51,656 nucleotides of DNA from Trypethelium eluteriae (lineage: Eukaryota), in the NCBI GenBank assembly GCA_051942245.1, contig JAVECL010000107.1:1-51656 (forward strand), in the 5' to 3' direction. Made by a program: the position numbers and the translations under genes. The notes beneath the pieces were generated by a model. It was not told where the DNA came from and searched no databases. It saw only the letters and a list, made by a program, of their open reading frames with translations. Positions 20,627 through 34,882 of the stretch are shown here, piece by piece. Numbering within the stretch: position 1 is the stretch's first letter; each line of letters starts with the position of its first letter.

Positions 20627-23600
20627 ATGGCCGCAGCCGCGGTTGATGTTTCCTACATTTCTACAAGCTATTCTGTGCCTGAGGCGACTCTGACGACACT
20701 TCTCGACTCCCCAACTGTCGATCTGGTTAATGAGCTGCTCCAGTCTATTGACAAGAAGGCTCACGAATATGACGAACTCAAAGCTGAGAAACTTCGCGCC
20801 GACGTCGAACTTGAGAATGCCGTTCGAAGCGGAGAAGCTCGATCCCGCGCTCTTGGCGAGAACGTTGACAAAGGCTTACAAGAGATCAACGATCTCCGAA
20901 TCAAATTACACCAAGAAGGTATTGTACTGGAACACTTGGCCATTGGCTACCTTATGTCTGACTCAGATGCTCCAGAGGATTCACGGTCCAAGCTCGAATC
21001 TGAGCTCGAGGGATTGAAGTCAAACACGTCCACTTCTTCTGCCGAAATCCAGACCCTTCATGATCGCATCGCATCCCTTGAATCATCGAATCGTGACACG
21101 CTCTCGTTGCTCGAATCTAAATCCACAGCGCACGACCGTTTAGCAGAGGAGCTCTCCACCCAGCACCAAAAGATTCTTGGATTGCGCAAAGAAGTTGCCG
21201 GCCTTGAGGAGAAGAACCAGAATGCCGAGAATTTGTCGACCAGTGCCAAGTTCCGTGAACAAGCCTTGCAGCAAGAAGTGGAACTTCTCAAGAAGAACAA
21301 TGACTGGTACGAGGGCGAACTGAAGACAAGAAGCAATGAATACGCTAGGTACCGCAAAGAAAAAGGTGCACGCATTTCTGAGTTGCAGCGCGCAAATGAG
21401 GACGCAACTTCTACTATCGAATCTTTGAAGCGCACCGAGACTTTATTGCGGAATCGCATCGACGAGCTTACCCAGAAAGCAGAGGACGCCTTCACCAAAA
21501 ATCAACAGCTTCAAGATGCCGCAGCCCAAGCCCAGGATTCCTTCAAAGTGGAAATTGACAGTTCGCGGAGACTTGCAGACCTCCAGCAACAAAGCGCTGA
21601 CACCGCTCGGCGCCGGCTCCAAGAGGTTCAACGGGCGTTGGACCAGACGAACGAGAGCGCCGCGGATGAAATCGGACGGATGCAGGCCGAGGTAGAAACA
21701 GAACGCACCGAGAGGGCTGCTGCTGAAAGTAGAATTGCACAGCTAGAGTTGCAAGTCGAGAAGGCTCAGCTCCGTTTACCTAACGTACGCCAGGATGTCT
21801 CAAGCCCGAGCACTCCCATGCAAACTCCCAACGGGTCGCGGAGGGCTGGACCTGGCTCGGAGATCTTCTCACCTGCAGGTAGTCGAATGAAAGGTGGTCT
21901 TAGCTTCACTCAGCTTTACGCAGAGCATGCAAACGTAAAGGCCGAACTGGAGGCAGAAAAGCGCCGGAACCAGAACTTGTCTGAAAGCATTGACGACATG
22001 ATTGCTGAGCTAGAAAGGAAGCAACCTGAAATTGAAGAGCTTCACCTGGAACGAGACCACATGGAAACGGAATTGTCTGAATACACAAATCTCCTTGAGG
22101 AAGCTACTACGGAAAGGGATAGTGCTCGTAAACTCGCGAGGTCGTGGGAGGGCCAAGTGAGTGGTCTCAGAAGAGAGAGCGAAATTCTGCGGCAGCAATT
22201 GCGGGACCTCAGTGCTCAGCTCAAGATGTTACTTGTAGGAATTCAAGCTCGGGAGGAAGGTTTGGGAGCGATTTCCCCAGCCGAGCAGCTTCGTTTAGAA
22301 CAGGTTGTTCGGGAAGAATTGAGCGCTGAAGTCTCAGATGAAGCCACTGACTCCAATCGCTTCATTAGTCAACACCTGACAATCTTCCGAAACATCAAAG
22401 AATTGCAGGAACAGAACCAAAATCTTCTGAAGATCACACGCGATCTGAGCGAGCGTATGGAAGGAGAAGAAGCCATGGAAAAGAGAAACCAGCGGGAGCA
22501 AGACCATAAACAAATGGAGACTCTGCATGCACAGGTTGTCAATCAACAAGATGAGATAAAGTCCTTGCTCACACAATCGCAAAGCTATGTACGGGAGCGA
22601 GATATGTTCCGACGAATGCTCTCTCATAGAGGCTCCGTCCCCCCGTCTGTCGAGCAAACTGGCGCTCCTGGAGAATTCGGCGAAAGCTCCAACGGTATAT
22701 TTTCAGCATCCGAGCCGCCTCGCCCGAGCAACGAACAATCGTCCCGTGACGTGGAGTTGGCCACTTTCCAGAAGCTTGTCAAAGAAATGCAAAGCCAATT
22801 CGACGCCTACCGACAGGAATCGACCGTTGATCATAAATCGCTGAAGCACCAGGCAGATGCCTTAAGCAAGGAGAAAGGCGACCTCCAGAGCGAGCTCGCT
22901 CGAGCAACTAGCCAGCTCACATTAGCTCATGAGCGATATGAGATGCTCAATGCAAATTACAATATGCTTAAGTCCGAGAATTTTGAGACTCAAAAACGCC
23001 TTCAGTCACTTGCAGAAAATTCCGCTAAGCAGGACCTCCGTACTCAGCAAGTGGCCGAGGAGTTGATCGAGGCCAAGTCTTTGGCGGAGAGCTTACGGCA
23101 TGAGAACTCGAACATCAAAGCTGAGCGAGGACTATCCAAGAGTATAGAGAATCGCTTGACGGAAGAAAATCGGTCACTCCTAGAAGATCGAATCAGGCTT
23201 AATAGAATGGTTAGCGACATGCAGACCTTGCAGAACGAACGAGAACTATCCGATTCAGACACCCGCCGTAGATTACAGAGCCGGATTGATTCTTTGGAAT
23301 CCGACATAAAGATTGCTCAGCGCAAGTACGATGACGAAGTTGAGGAAAACAGAAAGGCTGTGTTGCGGCGGGAATACGAGCAGGACCAAAACCGCACACG
23401 CCTTGATGATCTGGCTAAGAGCCTCAGCAATGTCAAGGAGGAGCTGATTGCCGCGAAGACCACACGTGATCAATTACAGGCCCGGGTAGATGAAATGAAG
23501 ATCGAACTTCGCAGCGCCGAGGAGAGATTAGAGACACTCCACCCCCCGAAAAACCCGGTCAATGATACCGATCTCTCTGAGCAGGAGCAAAATGGCAGCA

Positions 23601-26600
23601 CGCAGCAGGAAGGCCTCACCAGGGATCAGGAACTGGCTGTGGAGGTATCTGAGTTGAAGCGTGATTTAGATCTGGCACGTCAGGAGATCCAGAACGCAAA
23701 GAAAGACGTTGAGCAGTACAAAGCGTTTAGTCAATCGAGCGAAGAAGAACTTAACAGTATCAATGAAAGCCATGATCAGTATCGCGAAGACATGGATCGT
23801 ACGCTTGCCACTCGAGAGGACAAAATCAAGGAGCTCGAGCAACGCATCAATGATTTGTCCTCAGAGCTTTCTGCCAGCAACAACGAGCTATCTGAACTAC
23901 GCAATCACCAGGAGGAACGTGCTAACCAGCTCGAAGAGCAGAGGACTGCCTTGGAAAACGAAATCACGCGCCTCAAAGATGACAATGAACGCCATGCAGA
24001 AACGGCCAAGCTCTCGCAGCAGGATCTTAAGATGCAGGCTGACATTGCCCAACAAGCTCAGCAGAGCTATGAAGGCGAACTTCTCAAACATGCTGAGGCT
24101 GCGAAAACCGTTCAAAAACTTCGCAACGATTACAACGAGCTCAAGACGGAGATCGCTGAAGCGAGGTCTGAAGCGGAAACGGCTAAGGCGACCATGGAAC
24201 AGAGTGAATCAAATTGGACAGAAGTCAGAACTAGATACGAAGGAGAGCTGACAGATCTTCGAAATCGACGCGAAGAGATACAAAACCAAAACAAGGTTCT
24301 TCATGAACAGTTGCAAAATTTCTCTGCACAGATATCTTCTCTCCACCAGAAGCGAGCCGATGATGCCTCCACAAGTGCGGAGCTTCAAGCTTCCACCGGC
24401 GCGGACAGCTTGCAGGAGGTCATAGCCTACCTCAGGCGGGAGAAGGAGATTGTAGATGTCCAATACGAGCTCTCGCTACAAGAAGGCAAACGTCTGAAAC
24501 AGCAGCTTGACTACGCGCAGATTCAGTTGGACGAAGTACGCCATAAATTGAGCGAGGAGCGTCAGCGGCAGACAGACACGGACCAGAGTACAGCCAACCA
24601 CAACAAGCTTATCCAAACAATCAATGAGCTGAACCTCTTCCGTGAAAGCAGCACGACATTGCGTGCTGAGGCCCGTCAGGCTCAGTCAAAACTCGCAGAA
24701 AAGACGGAGGAAGTTCAGAAGCTTACAGATCAGATCCAACCCTTACAGGCTCGGATCCATGAAATTGAAACCCAGCAAGAGATGAAAGATGGGGAGCTGA
24801 AGCTTCTCCAAGAGGATCGTGACAGGTGGCGGCAGCGCACACAGGACATTATACAGAAATACGACCGCATAGATCCAGCAGAACTTGAAGCGCTGAATAC
24901 CAAAGTTACCGATCTGCAGCGAGAAAAAGACCAGATCACGGCCGAGAAGCAGGCACTCCAGGAGCAGATTGACAGCATTCCGGACCGTATTGCCAAGGCT
25001 GAAGAGGAAAGCGGCAAAAAATGGCAGGAAACTCGCCAAAAACTGACGGAGCAGTTCAAGGGTAGATCCCGTGACCTATCGGCGAAGATTAAGCAGGCTG
25101 AACACGATGCCGAAGCCGCGCGGCAGGAAAAGGACATGGTTATGCAGGAACTTGCTGCTGTCAAAGACGAGCTCCAGACTCAGAAAGCTGCTGTCGTTGC
25201 AGCTGAGACAAGTGGTAAAGGTGTCGAGGCGGGCGCAGATAGTATGGAGATGCAGAGCACTCAACCATTGGAACCCTTGGAGGAAGGTCAACTGCAGGAC
25301 CATCAAGAAGATTCACAAAATCAAGAAGGTCTTGTGATTGAACTTCAACAAGCAAGAGCAGACTTGTTTGAAAAATCTGAGCAACTCGCTAGCGCTCAAT
25401 CGGAAATCGACTCGCAACAGACAAGGATTACCGAATTGGAGGCCCAAGTGGTAAGCTAAAACGACCTAGAATCTAATTGAAGAAGCTAATCGTGCTTAAG
25501 GTTGATCTTGAGCATCAGCTTGCGTCGAATCATGATAGCCAACGTTCTACAGAAGAGAGCTTGTCTGCGGATCTCGGAAGAGCCAAGCAAGAGCTTGAAG
25601 TAGCACTGCGTGAGAATGAAACCTTACGTGCTACTGCAGCTAGCGCTTCAATCAATACCACGACCTCGGAGAATTCAACCATGCCTACTGGTGAAGGAGG
25701 AGCCTCGAAGTCTCTCCCTGAACTTGTGCAGGAGCAAGTCGACGCAATTACAGTACGACTCGAGGCTGAGAAGGAAAGTAAGATCAAACAAGAAGAACAG
25801 AAATTCAAGGACCGAGCCGATAACCTCAAGAAACAACTCAACACAAAGCTGAAGGAGGCCAAGGAAAGCATTAGACAAGAGCAGAATGAGGAGCACCAAG
25901 CAAATCTCGAAAAACTGCGTGTAGAGAAGGATGCTGAGATTGAACAAATCAAGGCTCAACACGAAGAGGAAAGGCAGCGCCTCAGGACTGAATCGGAAGC
26001 CGCGATTCAAGAGGCTAAGCGACTCGCAGATCAGAGCGGTCCAACATCTACTGGTACCGCTGAGAATAGCAGTACTCCCGCCACCCGGTCCAAACTCGCA
26101 GATGGCTGGACCGAGCAAGAGACCAAGGATTTCATCTCGAAGAATGTCACAGTGAAAAATATGATAGGGCGAAATGTGGTTGCCAAGCTGAATCAAGAAA
26201 AAGAAGCTTTGACCAAGAAATTGCAGGGAGAGCAAGACAATGTTGTCCAGAAAAAGGTCGCAGCCCGCGCACAACAGCTCCAGGCAGAACATGAAAGTAC
26301 CATTCAGAACATGCTCGAAGAGACGAAGAAGAAAATAGAAGCTGAGAAGAAGTTGGCCACCGACATGGAATCGAAGCGTCAAGCCGTCAAACTTGGTATG
26401 CAGGAGAGAAAGGCGGCACTCGCCAGCTTGAAATTGGAAGTCGTAGAAAAAGCGGCTGGAGACACTCCAGAACGCCCAGTGAAGGAAGTCTGGACAATTG
26501 CTAAGGGTGTGCAACTCTCCAAACCCCAGGCTTCGGCACCCAACCAGCAATTAGCGGGCAGCGCCAGTGAGGGAACGAAGCCAGCAGCGAGCACAGCACC

Positions 26601-27210
26601 TGATTCCATTAAAGAGGGGTCACAAGCCACGTCGTCGCCAAGTAGTGCAACTACTAAGGCGGTAGACGATTCTCCGTCCCAGATGCCTCAACCAAATGCT
26701 CAACCCCAGCTCCAGAATCAGCAAAGTGGCGCCCCAGGTGGCCTTCCACAAAAGCCACAACAGGGTGCTGGTACTGGACCAAACGCACTGCGAGGAATCA
26801 TTGGCCAAGGACAAACAACAGGAATTCCTCGTGGTGGTGGTCGAGGTGGCCGAGGTGGTCAGGGCCCGGGTCAGACATTTCCGCCGAACCAGCAGAATCC
26901 AGGTCCAAACAATGCTGGACAAGGTCAGCCTCCACGTGGTGGATCCAATCTGCCGCGAGGTCCAAATCGAGGACGCGGACAGGGTCGTGGAATGCAGCAT
27001 CACCAACAAGGAGCTCAGGCGGATAACCAGTATGGTTACAGTGGCAACAGTCCGGGAGGAGGGAGAGGCATGATGAACCCAGAGGCAAGGCAGTTCAATC
27101 CAGGCCCCACGGGTCAAAAGCGCAGCTGGGATGATGGAAGCGAGAACGCGAATATGGGAGGTAATGGTAATGGTTCAAAGCGACCACGTGGTGGTGCGGG
27201 CGGATATTAG
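20627..27210 (+). CDS. MLP1: Nuclear basket coiled-coil nucleoporin Mlp1/Tpr
   Basis: About 2150 aa of coiled coil. Exons 20627-20918, 20976-25450 and 25501-27210. FRNIKELQEQNQNLL, YVRERDMFRRML, QQSYEGELLKHAEA, YLRREKEIVD, LNLFRESSTTLR, RWRQRTQDIIQKY. Confidence 0.92.
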
Positions 27211-27794
27211 GTGTATCCTCGGGTATGGGAACAGCATTGACGGCGGTTTACTTCTTACACTGATTATATACACGTCGGGCTCTGAGCTACTTTTTTCAAT
27301 TTTGGCTGCATTGCATCGTAGAGCTGACTATGGACATGAATTGTCTGAGTCTTGCTTGTGTACTTTTAGACAGTATAGCACCTAGAGGATCTCAAGGCCG
27401 CGAGAGGTTCCAATTTCAATTACTTCACATGATTCCGTCTCTAAAGCTAAGTGGCAGCATGTCGTTGGTGCGCCAAGCCACAGGTGATTGGCCGAAGATG
27501 CTCGATCTGTGGCTGAAAGCTCCGGCCGGTGAGGATAGCGGGATCTGGCCGGTCAAGACAACGGGATTCAGCCGGTGAGCAGCACCGCTACCTAGCACTG
27601 CCAGCACTGCCAGCATCTCTCAGCCTCGACTCCCAACTTATCCTGGTCGGCCTATTCGTTCCTTACTCAAACATGTCGTTCATTTGACACTTTTCTACAC
27701 GCTCAATCCACACACCCTCCAGCATTGAACTACGCATGCCGATTCCCATTCCAGCAGACAAGCTCCACGCCTCACCCCTTAACCTTTACCACCC

Positions 27795-29382
27795 ATGGCC
27801 GACCCAAATCGCCGCACTCCCACTATTGGGGGGGTGCCCTTGAAACACATTTCCTTGATGACTGTAAGACGTCGCGATAGATAGGAGCTCCAAAACCAAG
27901 GCTGATCTCTGCAATTAGCTTACCGTTCAGAATTCGGCCTTAATATTGGTGCGTTACACCTTCCCTCGATTTCCCTCGATTTCCCACATTTGCTCTGGGC
28001 ACACGCTTGGAGGGACAATGAATTCTTGCTCAACCTGAGCTAACTTCTGGCAGATTATGCATTATTCTCGAATAATGCCTCCAGTAGGCGGACATCGGTA
28101 CTTTACCTCAACGGCGGTCTTCCTTAACGAAGTCATTAAACTCACGATATCCCTAACAATGGCCCTGTATGACATTTCGAGCAATCTACCACCTTCCTCC
28201 CCAGCGACCACCTTGTTCTCTACCCTCTCCACTGCGGTTTTCACGGGCGACAGCTGGAAGCTGGCAATCCCGGCGATGCTGTATACGTTACAAAATTCCT
28301 TACAATACCTTGCTGTGAGCAATCTAGAAGCGGCCACCTTTCAGGTTACATATCAGCTAAAGATCCTCACAACGGCATTGTTCAGCGTCATGATGCTCGG
28401 CCGATCGCTGTCCGTCCGGAAATGGGTATCTCTGATCTTGCTGGCCGTCGGGGTTGCCATAGTCCAAATACCCAGCCAAAACAATCCGGCCGACGTTTCG
28501 CATGTCAAAGGCCTCGAAGACACGCAGGCGAAATTCTTCTGGCCGCGGTCTATGGCTCAGATGCGGAATTTTGGCAATGCTGCTGTAGCGGGTCTCCACA
28601 AGAGGTCGGCGACGTATGCTGGTATCGACAAAGACGTTGCTCTGCATAATCCCCAGCTCAATGCTTCGATTGGCCTGTTGGCTGTCGTGGTTGCTTGCCT
28701 CCTTTCTGGACTGGCTGGCGTTTACTTTGAAAAGGTCCTCAAGGATCGAACCGGCAATCCGCATGCCTCCTTATGGGTGCGCAACGTTCAATTATCTTTT
28801 TATTCTCTTTTTCCGGCTTTGTTCGTCGGCGTCATCTTCAAAGACGGTGAGGATATCGCGAAGTATGGCTTCTTTTCGGGTTACAACTGGGTTGTCTGGG
28901 CCGCCGTAGTTTTTCAGGCATTTGGAGGAGTTGTCGTCGCTTCGGTCATCAATTACGCGGATAACATTGCAAAAAACTTTGCAACAAGTATCAGTATTCT
29001 TCTAAGCGTTCTTGGGAGCGTTGTCTTCTTCAGATTTTCCATTAGCGCCAACGTAAGTATCAAGACTATCGGGTGGTTTTCGGAAATGCGATGAGATTTG
29101 CTAACTAGTTTAAAGTATATCATTGGGACGTCTATCGTTCTCGCTGCGACATATCTCTACAGCAGTCGTGACCGCTCACGCCCGCCTCCAATACGGATCG
29201 CAGACTACGAGAAAACCACAATCAGTGGATCGCCGGCTTATTTCGACGAGACATCCTTCGTCCTACCGAAGTCTCCCCTGAAGACTGAAGCGATATCTAC
29301 ATCCAGGCCTGGAACCCCCACGAGTGAGCGACGTTCTTTTCTAAGGGACGATAGAAAAGTGAACGCCAAGCGAGATGTGTAA
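27795..29382 (+). CDS. Nucleotide-sugar transporter, SLC35A/UDP-galactose transporter (Gms1-like)
   Basis: Exons 27795-27863, 27919-27948, 28054-29052 and 29116-29382. KLAIPAMLYTLQNSLQY, ATFQVTYQLKILTTALFS, SGLAGVYFEKVLK, YADNIAKNFATSISI. Confidence 0.92.
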
Positions 29383-29947
29383 GAGTAGTTGGATAGGGTT
29401 TGTACGAGCGTGTTCCATTTGTATATCTATTATTCCTCATGTTGATTGCGATATGATACCCTCGCTCCATTGGATAGGGCGCGAAATTGCAAAAGCATGA
29501 GATGAGGTTGGACTATCTGCTGAGAAGGTGCAACGGCGCGCGGACTGGTGTTTGGATTGCATGCAATGGTATTGACGGCTGTTCGATGATGCATACATTG
29601 GCAATTAACCGAAAACGTTTACTTGAAATGGAAATTAAGTTCATCTCAATTTCACTGCCTATGGGAATAAGTGAGAATTGGAGGTAGCGCGATTTTGTCT
29701 ACCAGGAGGTTTGTGGTTGCCGACAGATCGCGACTTCCTCAGATGGACAGGTTCACGTGTTCAGTCCAGCTTTGATGGCATCCTCGTCTCCTGATCCCTT
29801 CGAACCTTTCCTTACAACGTTATTCACTTTCGTCTCGATGGACGCAGTGCGTGATCTGACATCAGGTAGTTAAGGTTTATGGACCTGAGAAGCCCCGTTT
29901 CGGACACTCGCCGTGTCTACTGAATTCCTGCTCAATCGACTGTGAGA

Positions 29948-32900
29948 ATGGAAGACTCTGTATTCGACATGTTGGATGCCATGGAAGCTCAAGATGACGG
30001 TATATGTTCTCCTAGCAACGGCCCCATCGCTGTTCGGCGGCATCACTACATGGGCTCGGATTGCGATCCAGCTTTACTGCATTCCTCGATTAACAACCAA
30101 ACAATTAATCAAGGACGACCAGCTGTTCGGGCCGAGCAGATGCCCTTGGATGCTTTCGGTAAGAATGCCAACAGGTTTAGTCTCCATCAAAATCGAATTA
30201 ATTCTCTAGCGTAGATCAAGACGTCCTCATGCATTGCTCTGAGGATCGGACTTCAGAAGCAGTACAGGGGAGGGCGAGATTGTCGCTCGCCCAATCGCAC
30301 GCTTGGCAGACCTCCAACCCGGGAAACTCGAATGTTTCTAAGCGATTCAGTAGCAACGATGTTGAGCCTGGTGAGCCATAATTCTTGGTGACTCCTCAGT
30401 AACGAACTTAACAATTATTAGAGCACAAATCCCTGACGGTGGCCTATCAAGGGTATTTTTCTGCTAGTATGCCATCCGATTTGAGCATCAAAGTAACGTT
30501 TCCGCTTCTTGCTAATCTTACGTTCGAGAAGAGTCCGCTGCAGAGCCGAAACGATTGCGTTCAAGCTCACCAGGCGTATATCAAACGCCATCGAGTCCAG
30601 CCTTCAAAGCCGGCCAACGACGTCACGCACAGCGGGGTCAGGAAGTCAGAAGCGACAATGATCATGAGCTTAACGCTGACGATCACATGGAACTCCTTGG
30701 TACCGCCACAATATCTGAGCATCCTTTCAGACCGGAGTATATTGGTTCGAAAATCACGACAAGGCAAAACCCGACAACGTCACAGCGAACACCAGTGGTT
30801 CGAGGGATCAATCTTATAGCTACTACCGATCTCCCTGACCGATTTCGTCCTATCTTTCCGTTTCGATTATTGAATGCGATTCAATCCAAATGCTTTGACA
30901 CAATCTTCCATAGTAATGACAATTTCGTTTTAGCTTCTCCTACAGGAAGCGGCAAGACTGTGGTGTTTGAGTTGGCCATCTGTCGGGTCATTGCTAGCTT
31001 TCCTTCCGACAATTTCAAAGTTGTCTATCAAGCACCGACAAAGTCACTTTGTGCGGAACGTCAGAAAGATTGGCAAGCAAAGTTCGGTCCTCTTGGTGCA
31101 ATTTGCGTGGAGATCACTGGCGACACCGATCAAACGCAAATGAAGAGAATAGGAGGCGCGAGCATTATAGTGACCACTCCAGAGAAATGGGATAGCATGA
31201 CACGTAAATGGAAAGATCACCAAAGGCTGATGCAACTCGTCCGTCTGTTTCTGATCGACGAGGTTCATATTGTGAAAGAGAATCGAGGTGCAACGCTTGA
31301 GGCAGTAGTGTCTCGAATGAAGACGGCCACCGATAACGTTCGTTTCATCGCGCTTAGCGCGACAGTTCCCAACTCGGATGATGTTGCGAAATGGCTTGGC
31401 CGTGGTTCAAATCATCCGGAATTGCCTGCTGCTCGAGAGACCTTTGGTGAGGACTTTCGCCCCGTGAAATTAAAAAAGTATGTGGCCGGTTTTCCATCGA
31501 ATGGGAATGATTTCCAATTTGACAAGCATCTTGATGGCAAGTGAGTATAAAGAGAGATGATAACGCCACGCTGAATGAGACCTTGTTGATACTTGGTAGA
31601 CTCACGGATCTCATTGCTAAGCATACCCAACGAAAACCGATCATGGTGTTTTGTTCAACAAGAAAATCGACAGAGACTACAGCGGGCTTGTTGTCAAATT
31701 GGTGGAGCGCTCAAAATTTACGCGAACGTTGTTGGATCAGTCCAAGAAAGCCCATCACTGTTGAGGATGCTGGGTTGCAAGGTAAGTCGGCTGTGATAGA
31801 CCTGAAAAATTCTAATACAGTAAGCAGCCTGTGTACCTGCAAGCGTGGCTTTCCATCATGCGGGATTGCATCAAAGCGACAGACATGCTGTTGAAAAAGC
31901 ATTCCTGGATGGTGAGATCTATGTTATCTGCTGCACCAGCACTCTAGCTGTTGGTGTTAACTTACCGTGTCATTTCGTCATTATCAAAAATACGGTCACC
32001 TATCAGAACCAAAACGGACTTGGTAGGGAGTACTCGGATCTTGAGATTATGCAGATGCTTGGTCGAGCAGGGCGCCCGCAATTTGATGACAGCGCAGTTG
32101 CGGTAATTATGACCAGATCAGAGAGAGCTCAGCATTTTGAGAAGATGGTCTCAGGTCAAGAAATCCTTGAAAGCTGGTACGCAGCATCAATCCGAGCTTC
32201 AACATGTTTCCGTATGATGCTTACTATTGTAAAGTCTACATGTCAACCTGATTGAACATCTCGTAAGTGGAGAGTTGCCTCATCTAACTGTGTTACATTC
32301 TAAGAAGCACTAAGAATGCCGAGATTGGCTTGGGCACCATCCACGATATTGATACTGCCCGGACTTGGCTCCGGGGAACCTTCTTACATGTGAGACTACC
32401 AAAAAATCCCGATCACTACAGACTCGAAGGTGATACGAAGGATCGCTTTAATCTTGACGGCCATATTGAGCGTATCTTGAACAAGAATATCGATTCTCTA
32501 CTGGAACACGAGCTTATCCAGAGTTCACCAAAATTGCAGTGCTCGAAGTATGGAGACGCAATGGCTCGGTACTATGTTCAATTCGAGACAATGAAGTTTA
32601 TCATTGGGCTACCCGCTAAAGCCAGAATCTCAGAGATCGTACGTTCGTTGTTAAACTCCTTTCCTAATTCTTACTGACAGTGTGGCAGCTATCGGCGATA
32701 GCCCAGGCCGTTGAATTTCAAGAAATCCGCTTTCGTAGCGGAGAGAAGCCCATCTACAAAGAGATCAACCAATCGACATCTACCAAGTTTCCGATACCCG
32801 TTGACTTGGCAATGAGAGCGCATAAGGTCTCTTTAATCATTCAAGCCGTCCTTGGTTCCATTGAATTTCCTGGAAACCATTCGCAGCCAAAGATGCGACT

Positions 32901-34882
32901 TCAGCACCAGACTGAGCAAGCCATAGTATTCCAGCATGTTCATCGCCTAATCCGTTGCATCATTGATTGTCAACTATCCAGAGGCGACTCAACCGGTTCA
33001 AGAAACGCATTGATGCTGGCCAGGAGCTTGGCCGCCCGAGCTTGGGATGATTCACCTCTGCAGCTTAAACAACTGGAGAAGATTGGAATTGTCGCGGTAA
33101 GAAAGCTGGTAGCCGCCGGTGTCAGGACCATTGAGGAGCTAGAAACCGCAGAGGCTCAGAGGATCGAAACAATTTTAGGGCGAGCACCACCGTTTGGTAT
33201 ACGTTTGCTGGATCATGTTAAGGCGTTCCCGAAGCTGAGAGTCTCTGTTCAGATGCAAGGGCAGCCGGTGCGTACTTACAGTGCATTGGGCGACATAAAG
33301 CTTAATTGCTATTAGAAACGCAAGCCCGATGGATCGGTCATCGTCAATATCCGTGCTGAGATTGGATTCATCAACGAAACTCCACCAGCGAAATTTAACA
33401 ACCGTGATATCTATGTATGCTTCCTTGCAGAGACCTCGGATGGTCGGAAGATGCATTTCTGCCGCATAAAGTAAGCACGACAGAGTCGTCGATGGCCCAA
33501 TGTCGCTAATGATGACAAGAGCGAGCAGACTTACCAAAGACTTCGAAATTCCCTTTTCAGCAACACTCACGAATAGCAGCCAAACGGTCGCTTGCTATGT
33601 TATGTGCGATGAAGTTGGTAAGTCAGCACCGTCCCAAGGTTTCTTTGATTAAAAATCTTTACTGAGGAATGCCGCAGCCGGCACCATGAGGCATGTGCTG
33701 CTGAACCTGGGGATTTCCCCTCAGATGTTCCCCTTCCAAGGAGTACCTGAAGTGGCCCAGAGACCTGAATCGCGACGCAAGACTCGTATGGAAAGGCCCA
33801 ACACATCAAAACCCCGCTCTCGTAATGGACTCGATGAATTTGGAGATGGCGATATAGCTGACTCTGATCTGATACAGGCAGCTGCAGCAAACTCCGATTT
33901 TGTACACATCGATAAATTGGAACAGCAGCATCATTCTCAAGAGAGATCTGCTCCGACGACCGGCAGCAAACGGCGGAAAATTGATCAGGGAAGGCCGGCA
34001 ACGCACTTTCAACAAAACCCTCCCGCCCGTCTTGACAATGGGAGATGGCCCTGCAAGCACCGCTGCAAGGATAAGATGGTATGCAAGCACCTTTGTTGCC
34101 GGGAAGGTCTCGACGCACCGCCCAAAGTCTCTAAAGCGGAAATAGCCCATAAAGCATCAAGCACGCATGAAGACCTGGATCAACGCAGCAAGCAACATAC
34201 TATAACCCGCTCTTTCCCAAGACAAGCAAACAGTTCGCAGCCTGCACCGGCGCCTACAGAGCGATCCACTGTCGAAGATATTGATTTGACAGGTAATTCT
34301 GGTAATGGACAAAAACACCATTCCCACGTGCAGCTACTGGACCATGATCGAGAAGCGCAAGTAATGAATATCGATTCTCGGACCACTCCCGAAGACGACT
34401 CAAGTTTGTTCCAAGAATTAGACAATCTCCCACATCTTCCACCTGCTGCTTCTCCAAAACAATCATCCTTATTTGCAGCTGGAAACGAGCCTGAACCTGG
34501 CGAGGATGCGATACCGTTGAGCAACCTGGAGCAGCAAGTCAGCCCACAAGAACCAGACCTGGAGACACTATCCGGCCGGGGAAACTGGTTGTTCCACGGC
34601 GATTCATCTACACCCGCGACCGTTCAGGGAAGCATGCCCGAGTTGAAGTCGCCTGAACATATCCAATCCAATACAAGATCAACCCAGGGGTTGGATGCCA
34701 CCGGTAACGTACCTTTTGCTCGTGATTTGGAGCAACCAAGTCCATCAGACTTAACGGCCTCAAAGGCTGTGCCCGAGCTCGCATCACATGCGAATGCAGA
34801 GGATGAGAAGCCACCCGACCGATTCGAAGGCATCGAGGCATGGGTGAGGGAGGAGTTCGGTGATATTATAGAGCTTGTTTGA
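29948..34882 (+). CDS. MER3: Meiotic crossover DNA helicase Mer3/HFM1
   Basis: Multi-exon. SPTGSGKT, DEVH, SAT, STLAVGVNLP, QMLGRAGRPQFD, a Sec63-like region and C-terminal C-x-H-x-C-x5-C-x-H-x-CC (NGRWPCKHRCKDKMVCKHLCCREG). 5' exons less certain. Confidence 0.9.

Noticed and set aside
25675..26550. 291-aa antisense ORF inside MLP1
   Set aside because: Shadow of the Glu/Lys/Gln-rich coiled-coil codons.
27961..27985. 10-bp tandem duplication TTCCCTCGAT x2
   Set aside because: Simple slippage repeat inside an intron; no sign of function.
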